This document shows, piece by piece, positions 29,549-39,154 of a stretch of 64,000 nt of DNA. The DNA is from Sumerlaeia bacterium (lineage in GTDB: Bacteria > Sumerlaeota > Sumerlaeia > SLMS01 > JAHLLQ01): assembly GCA_040219255.1 (NCBI GenBank), contig JAVJSW010000060.1, positions 96,001 to 160,000 of the forward strand. Reading direction: 5' to 3'. The position numbers and the translations under genes are program-made. Position 1 is the stretch's first letter; every line of letters begins with the position of its first letter. The notes beneath the pieces are model-generated. The model ran no database searches, was not told the DNA's origin, and was given only the letters and a program-made list of their open reading frames with translations.

Positions 29549-31300
29549 TTACTGAACCCGCGTCAGTTCCTGAAGCGCCGTCGCGAGGCGGACTTTGTTG
29601 GTGTCGTCGCTGTAGAAGGTGCCCCGGGGCGTGATGTACACCTCCGTGCCGGCGGCGTCTTCCGCGACATGCAGGAACGCGATTCGATCACCGTTTTCAT
29701 CGAAGAAATCGAACCGGATGTTGGGGGTCAACTCCTCGCCCGATTGAAGTTGGCTGGTCCATTCCAGGTCCTCCGCCGCGCCGATGAAGGCCGCCACCCG
29801 CGCGTCCGGCAGCGACGCGACCAGTTGGCCCTGGGCCGCAAGCTTCCAGACGCCGCCTTCCCGCGCCACGGAGATTTCGCGGTCGGCGTTGGCGATTTCG
29901 ATGTGGGCGACACGGCCGCCGAATCCCGGGTTGATGCGCCGGTCCTGCAAGTCCGCGCGGAAGCGGTACAGGCGGCTGGGATCGGTGAAATCCAGGGCCA
30001 GAATCGCCCCATCCTGAATACGCTGGGCGTAGGCGATGCCTTCCGCCGGGTCCGAGCGCCCCAGCAGCAGGCCCTGATCCGGCAGGTTGTCGCGGGTTTC
30101 GATCCGCAGTTCCAGGCTCGGCCGGGTCAAGCCGTAGCGGGCTTTCTCCTCCGCCGTCGTGGCGTTCGCCGCCACCACCCGCCGCGCGCGCACCGTGGCC
30201 AAGGCGTTGAGAAACTCGGCCAGCTTGACGTTTCGCACAGGCACGTCTTCCATGCCTTCGAAGGACCAGTTGCCTTCCTCATCCTGCAGCAGCGCCATCT
30301 CGGCGGTGCCGGACTGGGTCGTGACGCGGCGCACATCGGCGATGTCGGACCAGAGAAATCCCTTGGACGTCCAGTCGGCGGCGGGGCGAAGGAAATCCCC
30401 GAGAGCCGCCGCGCGAACAATGGCGAGGCCCGGCTGGTCCGTGGAGCGCACCGTCAGCTCGGCTTCCCCACCGATCTTCTTGCCGATGGTGACTTCCTGC
30501 TGGGCGTCTCCGTCGTGAACGCTGATTTGGGCCAGGGGCGATTCGAAGCCCAGTTCCGCCGCCGTGCTCGTCGGCGCGTCGTCGATGCGCAGGGCCCGGG
30601 TGCTGGCGAGGGCTTGAAGCGCCGCTTCGGCCAGGTCCTGGTCGGCGGGGACGGCGGAGCCTTCGATCAGCCAGCGGCCGCCATCCTCCGCGCGCGACAG
30701 GCGCACCGTTTCGCCGCCGCTTTGCACCGCGACTTCGTTCACTTCCCAAGGATCGAAGCTGGCGATGCCCTTGTAGCGCAGGATCGCCAGGTCCTTCTCC
30801 GCCTGATTGCGGATCCAGTCGTTGACCGTGAAGATGCCGTCCTCGCTGGCAAGCTTGGCGTAATAGCGCCCGATCTGCGGCGTCGCATCGCCCAGCAGCA
30901 CGGTCACTTCGCGAGGTTCGCCGGCGCTTGTGCCTTCGATCGTGATGGTGGGCAGGGGTTCGGCGAGGCCGTACTCGGCGAGGTCGCTAACCTCGAAGGG
31001 CGAGAGCTTTTTGGCGCCGCGGATGTTGTCGATCAGGGCGCGAACCTGGGCCGTCTCGGCGCGCTGCTCGCGTGGTTCGGTCAGCCACCAGTTGTCCTCG
31101 CCCCGCTTCTCCAGGACGTAGGTGCCGGAAGTGTTGGTCAACTCGACGCGGGTGGCGGTCGACTCGTCGAAATCCATCAGACGCACGGCCAGGGCCGCGT
31201 CCTGGGCGGCGCGGCGCGTCACGGTGCGGTCGGCCAGAAAAAGTCCAAACAGCAGCGCCGCGACGAGTGCGGCGATGACGGGGCGGCGGGCGGTCATCAT
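29549..31300 (-). CDS. DUF4340-repeat membrane-anchored protein
   Basis: N-terminal TM; repeated W...P A D...L..L / YGL.EP / lG units; typical partner of Gld-like ABC systems. Confidence 0.75.
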   Translation of the reverse strand: MMTARRPVIAALVAALLFGLFLADRTVTRRAAQDAALAVRLMDFDESTATRVELTNTSGTYVLEKRGEDNWWLTEPREQRAETAQVRALIDNIRGAKKLSPFEVSDLAEYGLAEPLPTITIEGTSAGEPREVTVLLGDATPQIGRYYAKLASEDGIFTVNDWIRNQAEKDLAILRYKGIASFDPWEVNEVAVQSGGETVRLSRAEDGGRWLIEGSAVPADQDLAEAALQALASTRALRIDDAPTSTAAELGFESPLAQISVHDGDAQQEVTIGKKIGGEAELTVRSTDQPGLAIVRAAALGDFLRPAADWTSKGFLWSDIADVRRVTTQSGTAEMALLQDEEGNWSFEGMEDVPVRNVKLAEFLNALATVRARRVVAANATTAEEKARYGLTRPSLELRIETRDNLPDQGLLLGRSDPAEGIAYAQRIQDGAILALDFTDPSRLYRFRADLQDRRINPGFGGRVAHIEIANADREISVAREGGVWKLAAQGQLVASLPDARVAAFIGAAEDLEWTSQLQSGEELTPNIRFDFFDENGDRIAFLHVAEDAAGTEVYITPRGTFYSDDTNKVRLATALQELTRVQ

Positions 31301-32877
31301 TTCAGCCGCCTCCGGGCCACGGAGTACGCGACGCCTCCGCCCAGGAGTCCCAAACCGATCACCAGCAGCGTGCCGCACATCAGGTAAAACCGCGTCTGGG
31401 TCAGCAACAGGCCGCTCGGCGGGACAAGCTTCGGCGGGATGGCGAGCTGATCGTCGCGCTGCACCAGCCAGTTCACGGTCTGATAGGTGAGCGTCGCCCC
31501 GGCGGAGAATTCCTGCGCGTTGTTCGCCACGAAATCCGCGTCGCCAAAGAGCGCCACGCGGGCGCGGTCGCTCCGCAGACCATCGGGCGTCGGGTAGCTG
31601 GAGAGCGCGGCCAAGGCCTGGACGCCGATCTTCTCGTCGTCCAGGGGCTTGATCTTGCGCTGGATGCGGCGCAACTCCTGCGCGTCCTGGGCCCAGACCT
31701 GATCGTTGCTGACGAGCAGAACGGTTTTGTTGGCGTCGGTGCGCGTGTCTTCCGTGGCGCGGATGGGGCGGGCGCTGTTCATCAGGATCGGAATGCGGCC
31801 CATGGCGCGGGCGATGGGATGGTCGCCGGTCAGGTAGGCGGACGTCAGCAACTCCGACGCCGGGGCGTAGGGATCGATGATGACCTGATTGGGGCTTTCG
31901 AGCCCGGCGTAGCGAATCAGCGCGTCCAGGTTCGGCAACTGACGGTCGGCGATATAGGCCGGTTCAAGCGCCACCAGCAGCGCGCCGCCTTCGTCCAGGT
32001 ATTCGGTCAGTACTTCCCGCTCCAGCTCGCTCAGGTCCGACAGCGGCGACGCGATCAGCACTGCGGCGGCGTCTTCGGGAACGCGGTTCATGCCCCCCAG
32101 GTTCACCGTTTTCACGGGCATGATGCGCTCGTTCAAGATGCCCAGAAACGCCGACCAGCTCGTATCCGGCTCGCCCTGGGCCCGATCCATGTCGGGCTCG
32201 GGAGCGCGCTCGCCGTGGCCCTGAGTCATGTAAATCACCTGATCGCGGCCATAGAGAACGGTCAGCAGGGCGTTCGAGAGGAAGTACTCGCGCCGCGGAT
32301 TGGCGGGATCGAGCACGAAGCGGTGGCGGCGCTGCTGATTGCCGTCGGCGTCGTATGTCGTGACAAAGGCCTCGCGGGGCTGGATGTTCTCGCCAAAGGC
32401 CTGGGCGTCGAGGCGATCGCGGGATGGGTCGAAAATCTCGAACTGGACATGCTCCGACTGATCGGCGTACTGTTCCAGAAACTCGCGCAGGAAACGCTGG
32501 TTCGCAATGTCGGCGAAGGCCGCGATCCGCACCGGCGACTCGATACGCGCCAGCAGCGCCCCCGTCTGGGGCGAAAGGCTGTGGAGCTGGTGCTCGGTGA
32601 TGTCGAAGGTCCGATTGTGGTTCGCCGCGATCAGGTACACGAAGATCGCCGACAGCGCCACAAAGAGGCTGTAGGCGAAGCTGAGCACCGATTCCTTCAC
32701 CGCGCCCCGGCCGGGCTGCAGCAGTCCCACCACGACAATCCCCACGGCGGAAACCCCCATGCCCAGCAGCCACGGCGGAAACCCGCCCATGGCCGCGCCC
32801 CAGATCAGCACACCCAGCAGCAGCAGCACACCCACCGCAGGCAGCAACAACGCCCGGATCATCCCGCCACCCCTCAT
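31297..32877 (-). CDS. GldG-like ABC transporter auxiliary protein
   Basis: FDITEHQLHSLSPQT, YMTQGHGE, IASPLSDL..YLDEGG, FGDADF, VNWL, C-terminal TM. Confidence 0.85.
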   Translation of the reverse strand: MRGGGMIRALLLPAVGVLLLLGVLIWGAAMGGFPPWLLGMGVSAVGIVVVGLLQPGRGAVKESVLSFAYSLFVALSAIFVYLIAANHNRTFDITEHQLHSLSPQTGALLARIESPVRIAAFADIANQRFLREFLEQYADQSEHVQFEIFDPSRDRLDAQAFGENIQPREAFVTTYDADGNQQRRHRFVLDPANPRREYFLSNALLTVLYGRDQVIYMTQGHGERAPEPDMDRAQGEPDTSWSAFLGILNERIMPVKTVNLGGMNRVPEDAAAVLIASPLSDLSELEREVLTEYLDEGGALLVALEPAYIADRQLPNLDALIRYAGLESPNQVIIDPYAPASELLTSAYLTGDHPIARAMGRIPILMNSARPIRATEDTRTDANKTVLLVSNDQVWAQDAQELRRIQRKIKPLDDEKIGVQALAALSSYPTPDGLRSDRARVALFGDADFVANNAQEFSAGATLTYQTVNWLVQRDDQLAIPPKLVPPSGLLLTQTRFYLMCGTLLVIGLGLLGGGVAYSVARRRLK

Positions 32878-33650
32878 GACCGCCACCTCAGCGATTCCAC
32901 CTGGCGCACCGCCAGAAACAGGCAGAGCCCGGAAAACAGCAGGAACCACGCGACGCTGGCGGATTGAATCTGGCCCTCGATGAAGCCCTCGACGTGGTGC
33001 AGCAGGGTCAGGTGCTCGGCCAGGCGGACCAGTTCCGCCGTCGGCAGCGAGCGCGCCAACTGAGACAAAATCAACAACCCGAAGAGCGTCGTGTAAGTCA
33101 GCACGGCGGCGATGACCTGCGATTCCGTCAGCGCCGAATAGAACAGTCCCAACGCCACATACGCGCACGCCGCCAGCACCAGTGCCGTGTAGCAGCTGAT
33201 CACCACCGGCCATTCCGGGTCGCTGAGGTACGACGCGAACAGCGGCATCGCCAGCGTCGCCAGCAGGTACGTTCCGAGCACCGTCAGGTACGCGATGAAT
33301 TTGCCCAGAACAATGCTCCATTCGCCCACCGGCGTCGTGGTCAGCAGCGAGAGCGTGCCCTGGCGGCGCTCTTCGGCGAAGGACCGCATCGTCAACAGCG
33401 GGATCTGCACGAGGAGGAAAAAGTGAATGACGGCGAAGAGCTGCTCGATGACTTCAATGGTGATGTTGCCGCTCAGATCCTCGGCGGTACGCATCGGCCC
33501 CATGCGGGCGAAATCGAACAGCAGCGCCACGAAAATCGTCGAGGCGGCCAGGAAAAACACGCCGGTGCTGACCCAATACAGGGGCGTCGTGAAGAGCGAG
33601 CGCAATTCACGCCCGGCGATCAGGCCCGTTTGACGAAGCGAGAGACTCAT
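32874..33650 (-). CDS. ABC-2 permease (GldF-like)
   Basis: RELRSLF, PLLTMRSFAEERRQGT..LLTTTP..LGKF, six TMs. Confidence 0.9.
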   Translation of the reverse strand: MSLSLRQTGLIAGRELRSLFTTPLYWVSTGVFFLAASTIFVALLFDFARMGPMRTAEDLSGNITIEVIEQLFAVIHFFLLVQIPLLTMRSFAEERRQGTLSLLTTTPVGEWSIVLGKFIAYLTVLGTYLLATLAMPLFASYLSDPEWPVVISCYTALVLAACAYVALGLFYSALTESQVIAAVLTYTTLFGLLILSQLARSLPTAELVRLAEHLTLLHHVEGFIEGQIQSASVAWFLLFSGLCLFLAVRQVESLRWRS

Positions 33651-34600
33651 GATCCGAGCGACGCCTCCCTTGACGTCAGCTTGAGGAACACGTCCTCCAG
33701 GCTCGGAGTCGTCTCCGACAGCTCCAGCAAATCGACTCCGCCCTCGACGAAGGCTCGCGCGATGGCGGGCCGCATTTCTTCGGCGTCCTCCACCGGCGCG
33801 AGGCGCAGATGGCTTATTCCATCGGTGGTGGTGGAATCCTTGATCTTCAGCAACTCGTTTTGAATCAGCGGCTCGAGGACGTCCTTCCCTCGCTTCCCGG
33901 AGCCCCGGAAGGCCACCGTGATCGTGCGGCCTCCGGCGGACCCGGCGACTTCGTCAAAGGTGCCCTGCGCCGCGATTCGCCCGCGATCGAGCACCGCCAC
34001 CCGTGTGCAGGTCATGGCCACCTCGGGCAGAATATGGGTCGAGAGAATAACCGTTCGCTGGCCCTTCATGGCGGCGATCAGTTGGCGGATTTCGCTGATC
34101 TGGCTCGGGTCCAGGCCGACTGTCGGTTCGTCGAGAATCAGCACCTTGGGATCGCCCAGGAGCGCCTGAGCGAGACCGACCCGCTGGCGCTGGCCCTTCG
34201 AGAGGTTCTGGATCAGGCGGTTGGCTTTTTTGTCGAGGTTCACCTCGCGAAGCGCCTTGTCCACCTCGCGCTTCACGGACTTGGCGGGAATATGCTTCAT
34301 GCCGGCCATGAAGCGCAGGTAGCTCTGCACCGTCATTTCCGGGTACAGAGGCGCTTCCTCGGGCAGGTAGCCGAGCAGTTCGCGAACCGCCAGGGAATCG
34401 CGCACCACGTCGTGGCCGCCGATGGCCGCGGTGCCTTGGGTGGGGCGGCACTGACCCGTCAGGATGCGCATCGTGGTCGTCTTCCCGGCGCCGTTGGGGC
34501 CGAGGAATCCGAGGATTTCGCCTTCCGGGACATCGAACGTGACGCCCTCGAGGCAGCGCGTTTGACCATAGATTTTCGTGAGCGCGTGGGCCTGGATCAT
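33647..34600 (-). CDS. ABC transporter ATP-binding protein (GldA-like)
   Basis: GPNGAGKTT, LSKGQRQRVGLAQA, ILDEPTVGLDP, SLEDVFL. Confidence 0.93.
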   Translation of the reverse strand: MIQAHALTKIYGQTRCLEGVTFDVPEGEILGFLGPNGAGKTTTMRILTGQCRPTQGTAAIGGHDVVRDSLAVRELLGYLPEEAPLYPEMTVQSYLRFMAGMKHIPAKSVKREVDKALREVNLDKKANRLIQNLSKGQRQRVGLAQALLGDPKVLILDEPTVGLDPSQISEIRQLIAAMKGQRTVILSTHILPEVAMTCTRVAVLDRGRIAAQGTFDEVAGSAGGRTITVAFRGSGKRGKDVLEPLIQNELLKIKDSTTTDGISHLRLAPVEDAEEMRPAIARAFVEGGVDLLELSETTPSLEDVFLKLTSREASLGS

Positions 34601-35472
34601 CGGTCCTCGGGCAAACGTTGAATCACGGCGGCCACCAGGCGGCAGAACGTCTCGCCCACGGCACGGCCTGTTTCCATCACCTCGTCGTGCGTCGTCACCG
34701 CGTCCGTGCGCAGTACCAGAGTGTTGGTGATGACGGAAATGCCCAGCACCTTCGCCCCGGCATGGGTCGCGACCAATTGCTCGGGCACGGTGGACATGCC
34801 GACGGCGTCGGCGAACTGGCGCAGCATCCCCACTTCGGCCTGGGTCTCATAAGTCGGACCCATGTTGGCGACGTAGGTGCCCTGGCGCAGGGCGATGCCC
34901 AACTCAACCGCGATTTCGCGGGTCAGAGCCATGAGATCACGGTCGTAGGGGGCGCTCATGTCGGGAAAGCGCGGCCCCAGAAAATCCAGATTCGCCCCCA
35001 TTAGCGGGTTGCGATACTGGTTGTTGATGTGATCGTCGATCAGCATCAGGTCGCCGGGGCGGAACTGGCGGTTGAGCGCCCCCGCCGCGTTGCTCAGGAT
35101 GACCGTCTTGACGCCCGCCAGCAGCAGCGCCCGCAGGGGCAGCGTCGCCTCGCGCACGTCCACCCCTTCATAGAGGTGCTTGCGGCCGCTCATCACCAGG
35201 ACGGGTTTGCCGCCCACCGTGCCCCAAACCAGCTTGCCGGCGTGGCCGACGACGGTGCTGACGGGAAAGTGCTTGAACTGGTCGTAGGAGGCGCTCTGTG
35301 CGTCGAGAACCGATTCGGCAAACGCGCCGAGGCCGCTGCCAGCGACAACGAGGACCTTGGGAATGTCGCGCCCCAGGCGGGCTTTCACGCTCGCGGCGGC
35401 TTCCTCCAGGAGGCGCTTGTACTCCGCCGGATCGTCGAGCAATTCGGTCGTGGTGGCCGGTTGGGTTGTCAT
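34597..35472 (-). CDS. punA: Purine nucleoside phosphorylase (trimeric PunA/XapA type)
   Basis: GSGLG, STVVGHAG, GRKHLYEG, NAAG, GPTYET, DAVGMSTVPE. Confidence 0.92.
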   Translation of the reverse strand: MTTQPATTTELLDDPAEYKRLLEEAAASVKARLGRDIPKVLVVAGSGLGAFAESVLDAQSASYDQFKHFPVSTVVGHAGKLVWGTVGGKPVLVMSGRKHLYEGVDVREATLPLRALLLAGVKTVILSNAAGALNRQFRPGDLMLIDDHINNQYRNPLMGANLDFLGPRFPDMSAPYDRDLMALTREIAVELGIALRQGTYVANMGPTYETQAEVGMLRQFADAVGMSTVPEQLVATHAGAKVLGISVITNTLVLRTDAVTTHDEVMETGRAVGETFCRLVAAVIQRLPEDR

Positions 35473-36224
35473 GATTGACTGTTCTCTTTCAGCCGGCGCC
35501 GGACGCGCCAGAGCGTCGCGAACCCCTTGAAGATTTCTTTGTGCGAGATTTTCGACTGCCCGGCCCGGCGGTCAAGGAAGACAATGGGAATTTCCCGGAT
35601 TTTGGCGCCCCGCCGCTGGCAGACTGTCAGCAATTCCATCAGGCACGAATACCCATCGCTGCGGATCGCGTCGAGGTCGATGCTTTCCAGTAACTCCCGC
35701 CGGTAACAGCGATAGCCGCTGGTGCAGTCGCGGGCGCGAAGCCCCGCAAGGCTCCTCGCCAGAAAGTTCGCGCCGGAGCTGAGCACGTGCCGGTGCGGGC
35801 CCCAGTTCTCGATGCCGCCCCCGGCTACATAGCGCGATCCAATCACCACATCCGCGACCATCGCCATGTGGAGAATCTCCGGCAAATGGGCGGGGTCGTG
35901 GGAGAGGTCCGCGTCCATCGTCAGAATCGCGTCGTACGCGTCCCCGCCCTCGCGCGCCAGGGCCCAACGAAAGGCGTCGATGTAGGCCGTGCCGAGGCCC
36001 AGCTTGCCCGGGCGCTCGATCAGGTGAACGCGGCCCGGGTGCTTTTCCGCCTGGGCGCGGACGCGGTCCGCGGTGCCGTCGCGGGAATTGTCGTCCACCA
36101 CGAGAACGTGCAACGCGTCGCCCTGGGCCAGGATGCCCTCGATCAGGGGATCGACGTTGTCCGCTTCGTTGTAGGTGGGGGCGATGGCGAGAGCGCGCAG
36201 CGTGGGCGCGGGGGCGGCGGGCAT
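35469..36224 (-). CDS. Polyprenol monophosphomannose synthase (DPM1/Ppm1-like GT2)
   Basis: PTYNEADN, VDDNSRDGT, KLGLGTAY, MDADLSHDP, GSRYV, DCTSGYR. Confidence 0.9.
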   Translation of the reverse strand: MPAAPAPTLRALAIAPTYNEADNVDPLIEGILAQGDALHVLVVDDNSRDGTADRVRAQAEKHPGRVHLIERPGKLGLGTAYIDAFRWALAREGGDAYDAILTMDADLSHDPAHLPEILHMAMVADVVIGSRYVAGGGIENWGPHRHVLSSGANFLARSLAGLRARDCTSGYRCYRRELLESIDLDAIRSDGYSCLMELLTVCQRRGAKIREIPIVFLDRRAGQSKISHKEIFKGFATLWRVRRRLKENSQS

Positions 36225-36258
36225 GGGCGTTGGGAAAGGTGGAGGCTCGGAGCGAGCC

Positions 36259-36693
36259 TTACTTCTCCTTGGTCCAGCTGGTCACGTCGTCTTCGGTGCC
36301 TTCCTGGCCGTCGGGACCGCTGCTCCAGATGTCGTAGTCTTTGCTGTGCTCGCCCGGCGAGCGGTAGTTGTAGACCGCGCCCCAGGGATCCTTGGGCGTC
36401 ACATCGGTGTCGAGGTAGGGGCCGTCCCATTGGTCATCCGGCAAGCCGCTGGGTTCTTCGATCAGGGCCTCGATGCCTTCGCTGGTGTTGGGAAAGCGGC
36501 CGACGTGCATTTCAAACTGGGCCAGGCCGACCTTGATATTGCGGATGTCGGCTTTGGCGGTGCCTTTGCGGGCCTCGGTGGATTTACCGGCGAGGCGCGG
36601 GCCCACGATGGCCAGCAGCACCCCGATGATCACGACGACGAACATGATCTCCAGGAAGGTGAAGCCTCGTTGGCGGTTGCGGCGAATAGTCAT
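36259..36693 (-). CDS. gspG: Type II secretion major pseudopilin GspG
   Basis: RGFTFLEIMFVVVIIG prepilin site, GRFP..GIEAL, WDGPYL..PKDPWG..Y, SSGPDG. Confidence 0.9.
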   Translation of the reverse strand: MTIRRNRQRGFTFLEIMFVVVIIGVLLAIVGPRLAGKSTEARKGTAKADIRNIKVGLAQFEMHVGRFPNTSEGIEALIEEPSGLPDDQWDGPYLDTDVTPKDPWGAVYNYRSPGEHSKDYDIWSSGPDGQEGTEDDVTSWTKEK

Positions 36694-36922
36694 GGCGAAA
36701 GGAAGCCTCCTCGAATACTTGGGCGCACAGTAGATGGGACGCGAGAGCGGGCGCAATCGTTTGGCCGCCGGCTCGGTTTTTTCCGTGGCCTGAGAAATCA
36801 GTAAGGGCAAAACCCAGGCCAACCGCGCGCATGCGAGTTGGCGCCCGCCAAGCCCCGGGCGCAACGCGTTTCGGGCGGGAGGCTCCGGAGAGCGGGAATC
36901 CCCTCTTCGTGCCTCCCCCTCA

Positions 36923-37657
36923 CTACCCCCGGATGACCATGGTGTTGGCGAACACGTCGCCCATGCGCTGGGGTTGCTGCATTTGAAAGGCCAATATCAA
37001 GGGCATGAAGGGGATCAGCAGCACCAGGTTTCGCTTGATGGATTGCTGAAATCCGATCGGCTGCCAGGACGTCGCATCCACCGTTTGCAGACTCATCATC
37101 GCTTTGCCGGGGCTGCGGCCGCTGAACAATCCGTCCTTGCCGAGAAAGACGAGCGTCCCCACGAGGCTGATCAGTCCGGCCAGCAGGAGGATGAGCGACC
37201 CGCCGAGAGTCTCCGCCGCCCCCTGCTCCATCCCCGCCTCGATCATCACGTTGATGAGGAGGCCGAGGGTGCAGAAAACGGCGACGAACAGGATCGCGAG
37301 GGCGATCTGGAGAAGGAACTGATCGACGATGTAGGCCACCGCGCGGGGCACGAGCAGATCGGTGTTGTCGGGCCGGATCCAGCCCTGCGGCTGGGTCGCC
37401 TGGGGCGCCGCGCCATAGCCGCCGAAACCCGCCGCGACAGGCGCAGCCGCCGGGGGAGTGGGGGAGCCGTGAATGGCGGACACTTCGGGGAAATGCACCC
37501 CGAGCAGGTCCCACTGGGGCTGGCCCTCGCGCCAGACGAGCATGTCGCTCGTGGCCTGGCGCGCCGCGATCATCTCGCGCACACGCGCCGAATCATAGGG
37601 GCCATACTTGTCCTGGGACCCGGGACGGGCAAGAAACCAACCGGATTCGGAAGTCAT
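36923..37657 (-). CDS. GYF_2 + RDD domain membrane protein
   Basis: W..YGPY..LVWREG (GYF_2); RAVAYIVD, SPGK, QRMGDVFANTMV (RDD). Confidence 0.85.
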   Translation of the reverse strand: MTSESGWFLARPGSQDKYGPYDSARVREMIAARQATSDMLVWREGQPQWDLLGVHFPEVSAIHGSPTPPAAAPVAAGFGGYGAAPQATQPQGWIRPDNTDLLVPRAVAYIVDQFLLQIALAILFVAVFCTLGLLINVMIEAGMEQGAAETLGGSLILLLAGLISLVGTLVFLGKDGLFSGRSPGKAMMSLQTVDATSWQPIGFQQSIKRNLVLLIPFMPLILAFQMQQPQRMGDVFANTMVIRG

Positions 37658-37687
37658 GGAAAGGGACGCTTTCTTATTGGGGAAAAA

Positions 37688-37715
37688 TCACCACAGAGTC
37701 ACAGAGGACACCGAG
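37688..37715. repeat. Left member of the inverted periodic repeat pair flanking the nuclease gene
   Basis: tcaccacagagtcacagaggacaccgag; contains the stop codon of ORF 37699-39093. Confidence 0.7.
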
Positions 37716-39093
37716 ATGTATTCTCAAGAACTATAGCTGCTCTGATGGCGTCAAAGTCTTTCGGTGAGAGGGTGCGCCTGTCCCATACAGGGTGCGCTTG
37801 ACCCGCTCCTACAATCCCTTCGCTGTCGAAAATCGAAATGCCGTTTCGATCCACAACCAGACAAATACACGCATCTTTCAATGAAAACTTGTTTCTGTCC
37901 GTCTGCGTTTCGTTGTAGGTGAAGGCGTCCGAAAGAGTATACTTAGCCACTTGGCCGGGGAGGTCGCCTTCGAGAGCCACATCCAGCTTGGCCTCGACGG
38001 GAAACCACGTCCCACCGATCATGACAGCATAATCCGATCGACCCTGCGATATGTCATCTTTCCAACAGGTAACCTCCCGATAGGTTTTGCTTCCTGGATC
38101 TTTGATTTCGTTGAGAAGATGGTCAATAAAAATGTCCCGGACCTGGCTTTCGAAGAGGCAACGGCGCGTGACGTTGCGGCCTTTATCGAGCCAGTTTTCC
38201 ACAGTGATGTCGCGAATCCCTTCTGTGTGCCCCACCGCGTTGGCCAAGTAATCTGGAGCTTCCGGGTTATGCAGTAGGATCAAATCGCGGAGGGTATTGA
38301 AGGTTGGACCGTCAACTAATTCGGGCTGACGCGCATCCGTTCGAAGGCGATGTTTGATGGCGTCGTGGGGTATTGGCTTCTCGAAAAGATAAAAATCCGT
38401 GAATTCGGAGTAGTATGGGCTATGCCAATGGTTCTCGGAGCCTTCCCTGGAAATGTACTCAATGCTTCCCTCAAGACGCGCACAGGCAAAAATGCAACCA
38501 CCGACTTGTTCAAGGCAATGAAGCTCGTTGTCGATGACAATAGCGAAATCGGTAGCGAAACACCCGTAGTCTTCACCCACTGATTTGACGAGCCGCTTTG
38601 CCTTCTGCTTGTTCTTCATGGCGAGCCGAAAAAAGAATATGTCTCCTGCCAAGGCCCAACGTGGTGCTGTCCAGTTCCCCGTCTTGGAACCCTGAAGCTG
38701 GCGCCGCACGGTGGTTCCATCGTCTTCCAATTCAACCATCGCCCCACGAAGCAACCATTGCGTGTTTGTTTCCCAGTATCCGTCTTCCCGCACCTTTGAT
38801 TCAACCATCTCATAAAACGTATCGGCGGTTGATGGAAAACCGGATTGGACCATGATTCCCCGCGTGGGGATGGGGGTCTTGGTCCATGCTTCAGGAATCT
38901 CCCCACTGCCCATGGGAGGATGGGAGGGCGCTGGCCCCAAACTCAGACTTCGATATTCCGCTCTCGATTCATAAAGGACGCGGAAATCCTCGAGGACTTG
39001 TCTCTTTGCTTCCGGACTCAAATCATCCGGCAAACTCGCCAAAAAGGCATCCGCCTCCTCAGTGGGAAGCTTGGGAATTTCCTGCTTGTCCAT
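37699..39093 (-). CDS. Putative restriction-like nuclease: EVE/PUA-like domain + C-terminal PD-(D/E)xK domain
   Basis: WTAPRWALAGDIFFF..GCIFACARL..W..PIP (PUA-like pattern); FESQVRD..YRE..GRSDYAV..PVEAKL..QVAKY (nuclease pattern); visibly lower GC. Confidence 0.6.
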   Translation of the reverse strand: MDKQEIPKLPTEEADAFLASLPDDLSPEAKRQVLEDFRVLYESRAEYRSLSLGPAPSHPPMGSGEIPEAWTKTPIPTRGIMVQSGFPSTADTFYEMVESKVREDGYWETNTQWLLRGAMVELEDDGTTVRRQLQGSKTGNWTAPRWALAGDIFFFRLAMKNKQKAKRLVKSVGEDYGCFATDFAIVIDNELHCLEQVGGCIFACARLEGSIEYISREGSENHWHSPYYSEFTDFYLFEKPIPHDAIKHRLRTDARQPELVDGPTFNTLRDLILLHNPEAPDYLANAVGHTEGIRDITVENWLDKGRNVTRRCLFESQVRDIFIDHLLNEIKDPGSKTYREVTCWKDDISQGRSDYAVMIGGTWFPVEAKLDVALEGDLPGQVAKYTLSDAFTYNETQTDRNKFSLKDACICLVVDRNGISIFDSEGIVGAGQAHPVWDRRTLSPKDFDAIRAAIVLENTSRCPL

Positions 39094-39119
39094 AGTACAA
39101 GCTCATCCGAAATAAATTC

Positions 39120-39148
39120 CTCAGCGCTCTCCGCGCCTCAGCGGTGAA
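39120..39148. repeat. Right member of the inverted periodic repeat pair
   Basis: Reverse complement ttcaccgctgaggcgcggagagcgctgag closely matches 22636-22664 and 43116-43144. Confidence 0.8.
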
Positions 39149-39154
39149 TTCCCA

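Noticed and set aside
29549-34600. Gliding-motility system (gldAFG)
   Set aside because: This ABC/GldG/DUF4340 cluster is widespread outside gliding bacteria; no other gld/spr genes are in the window.
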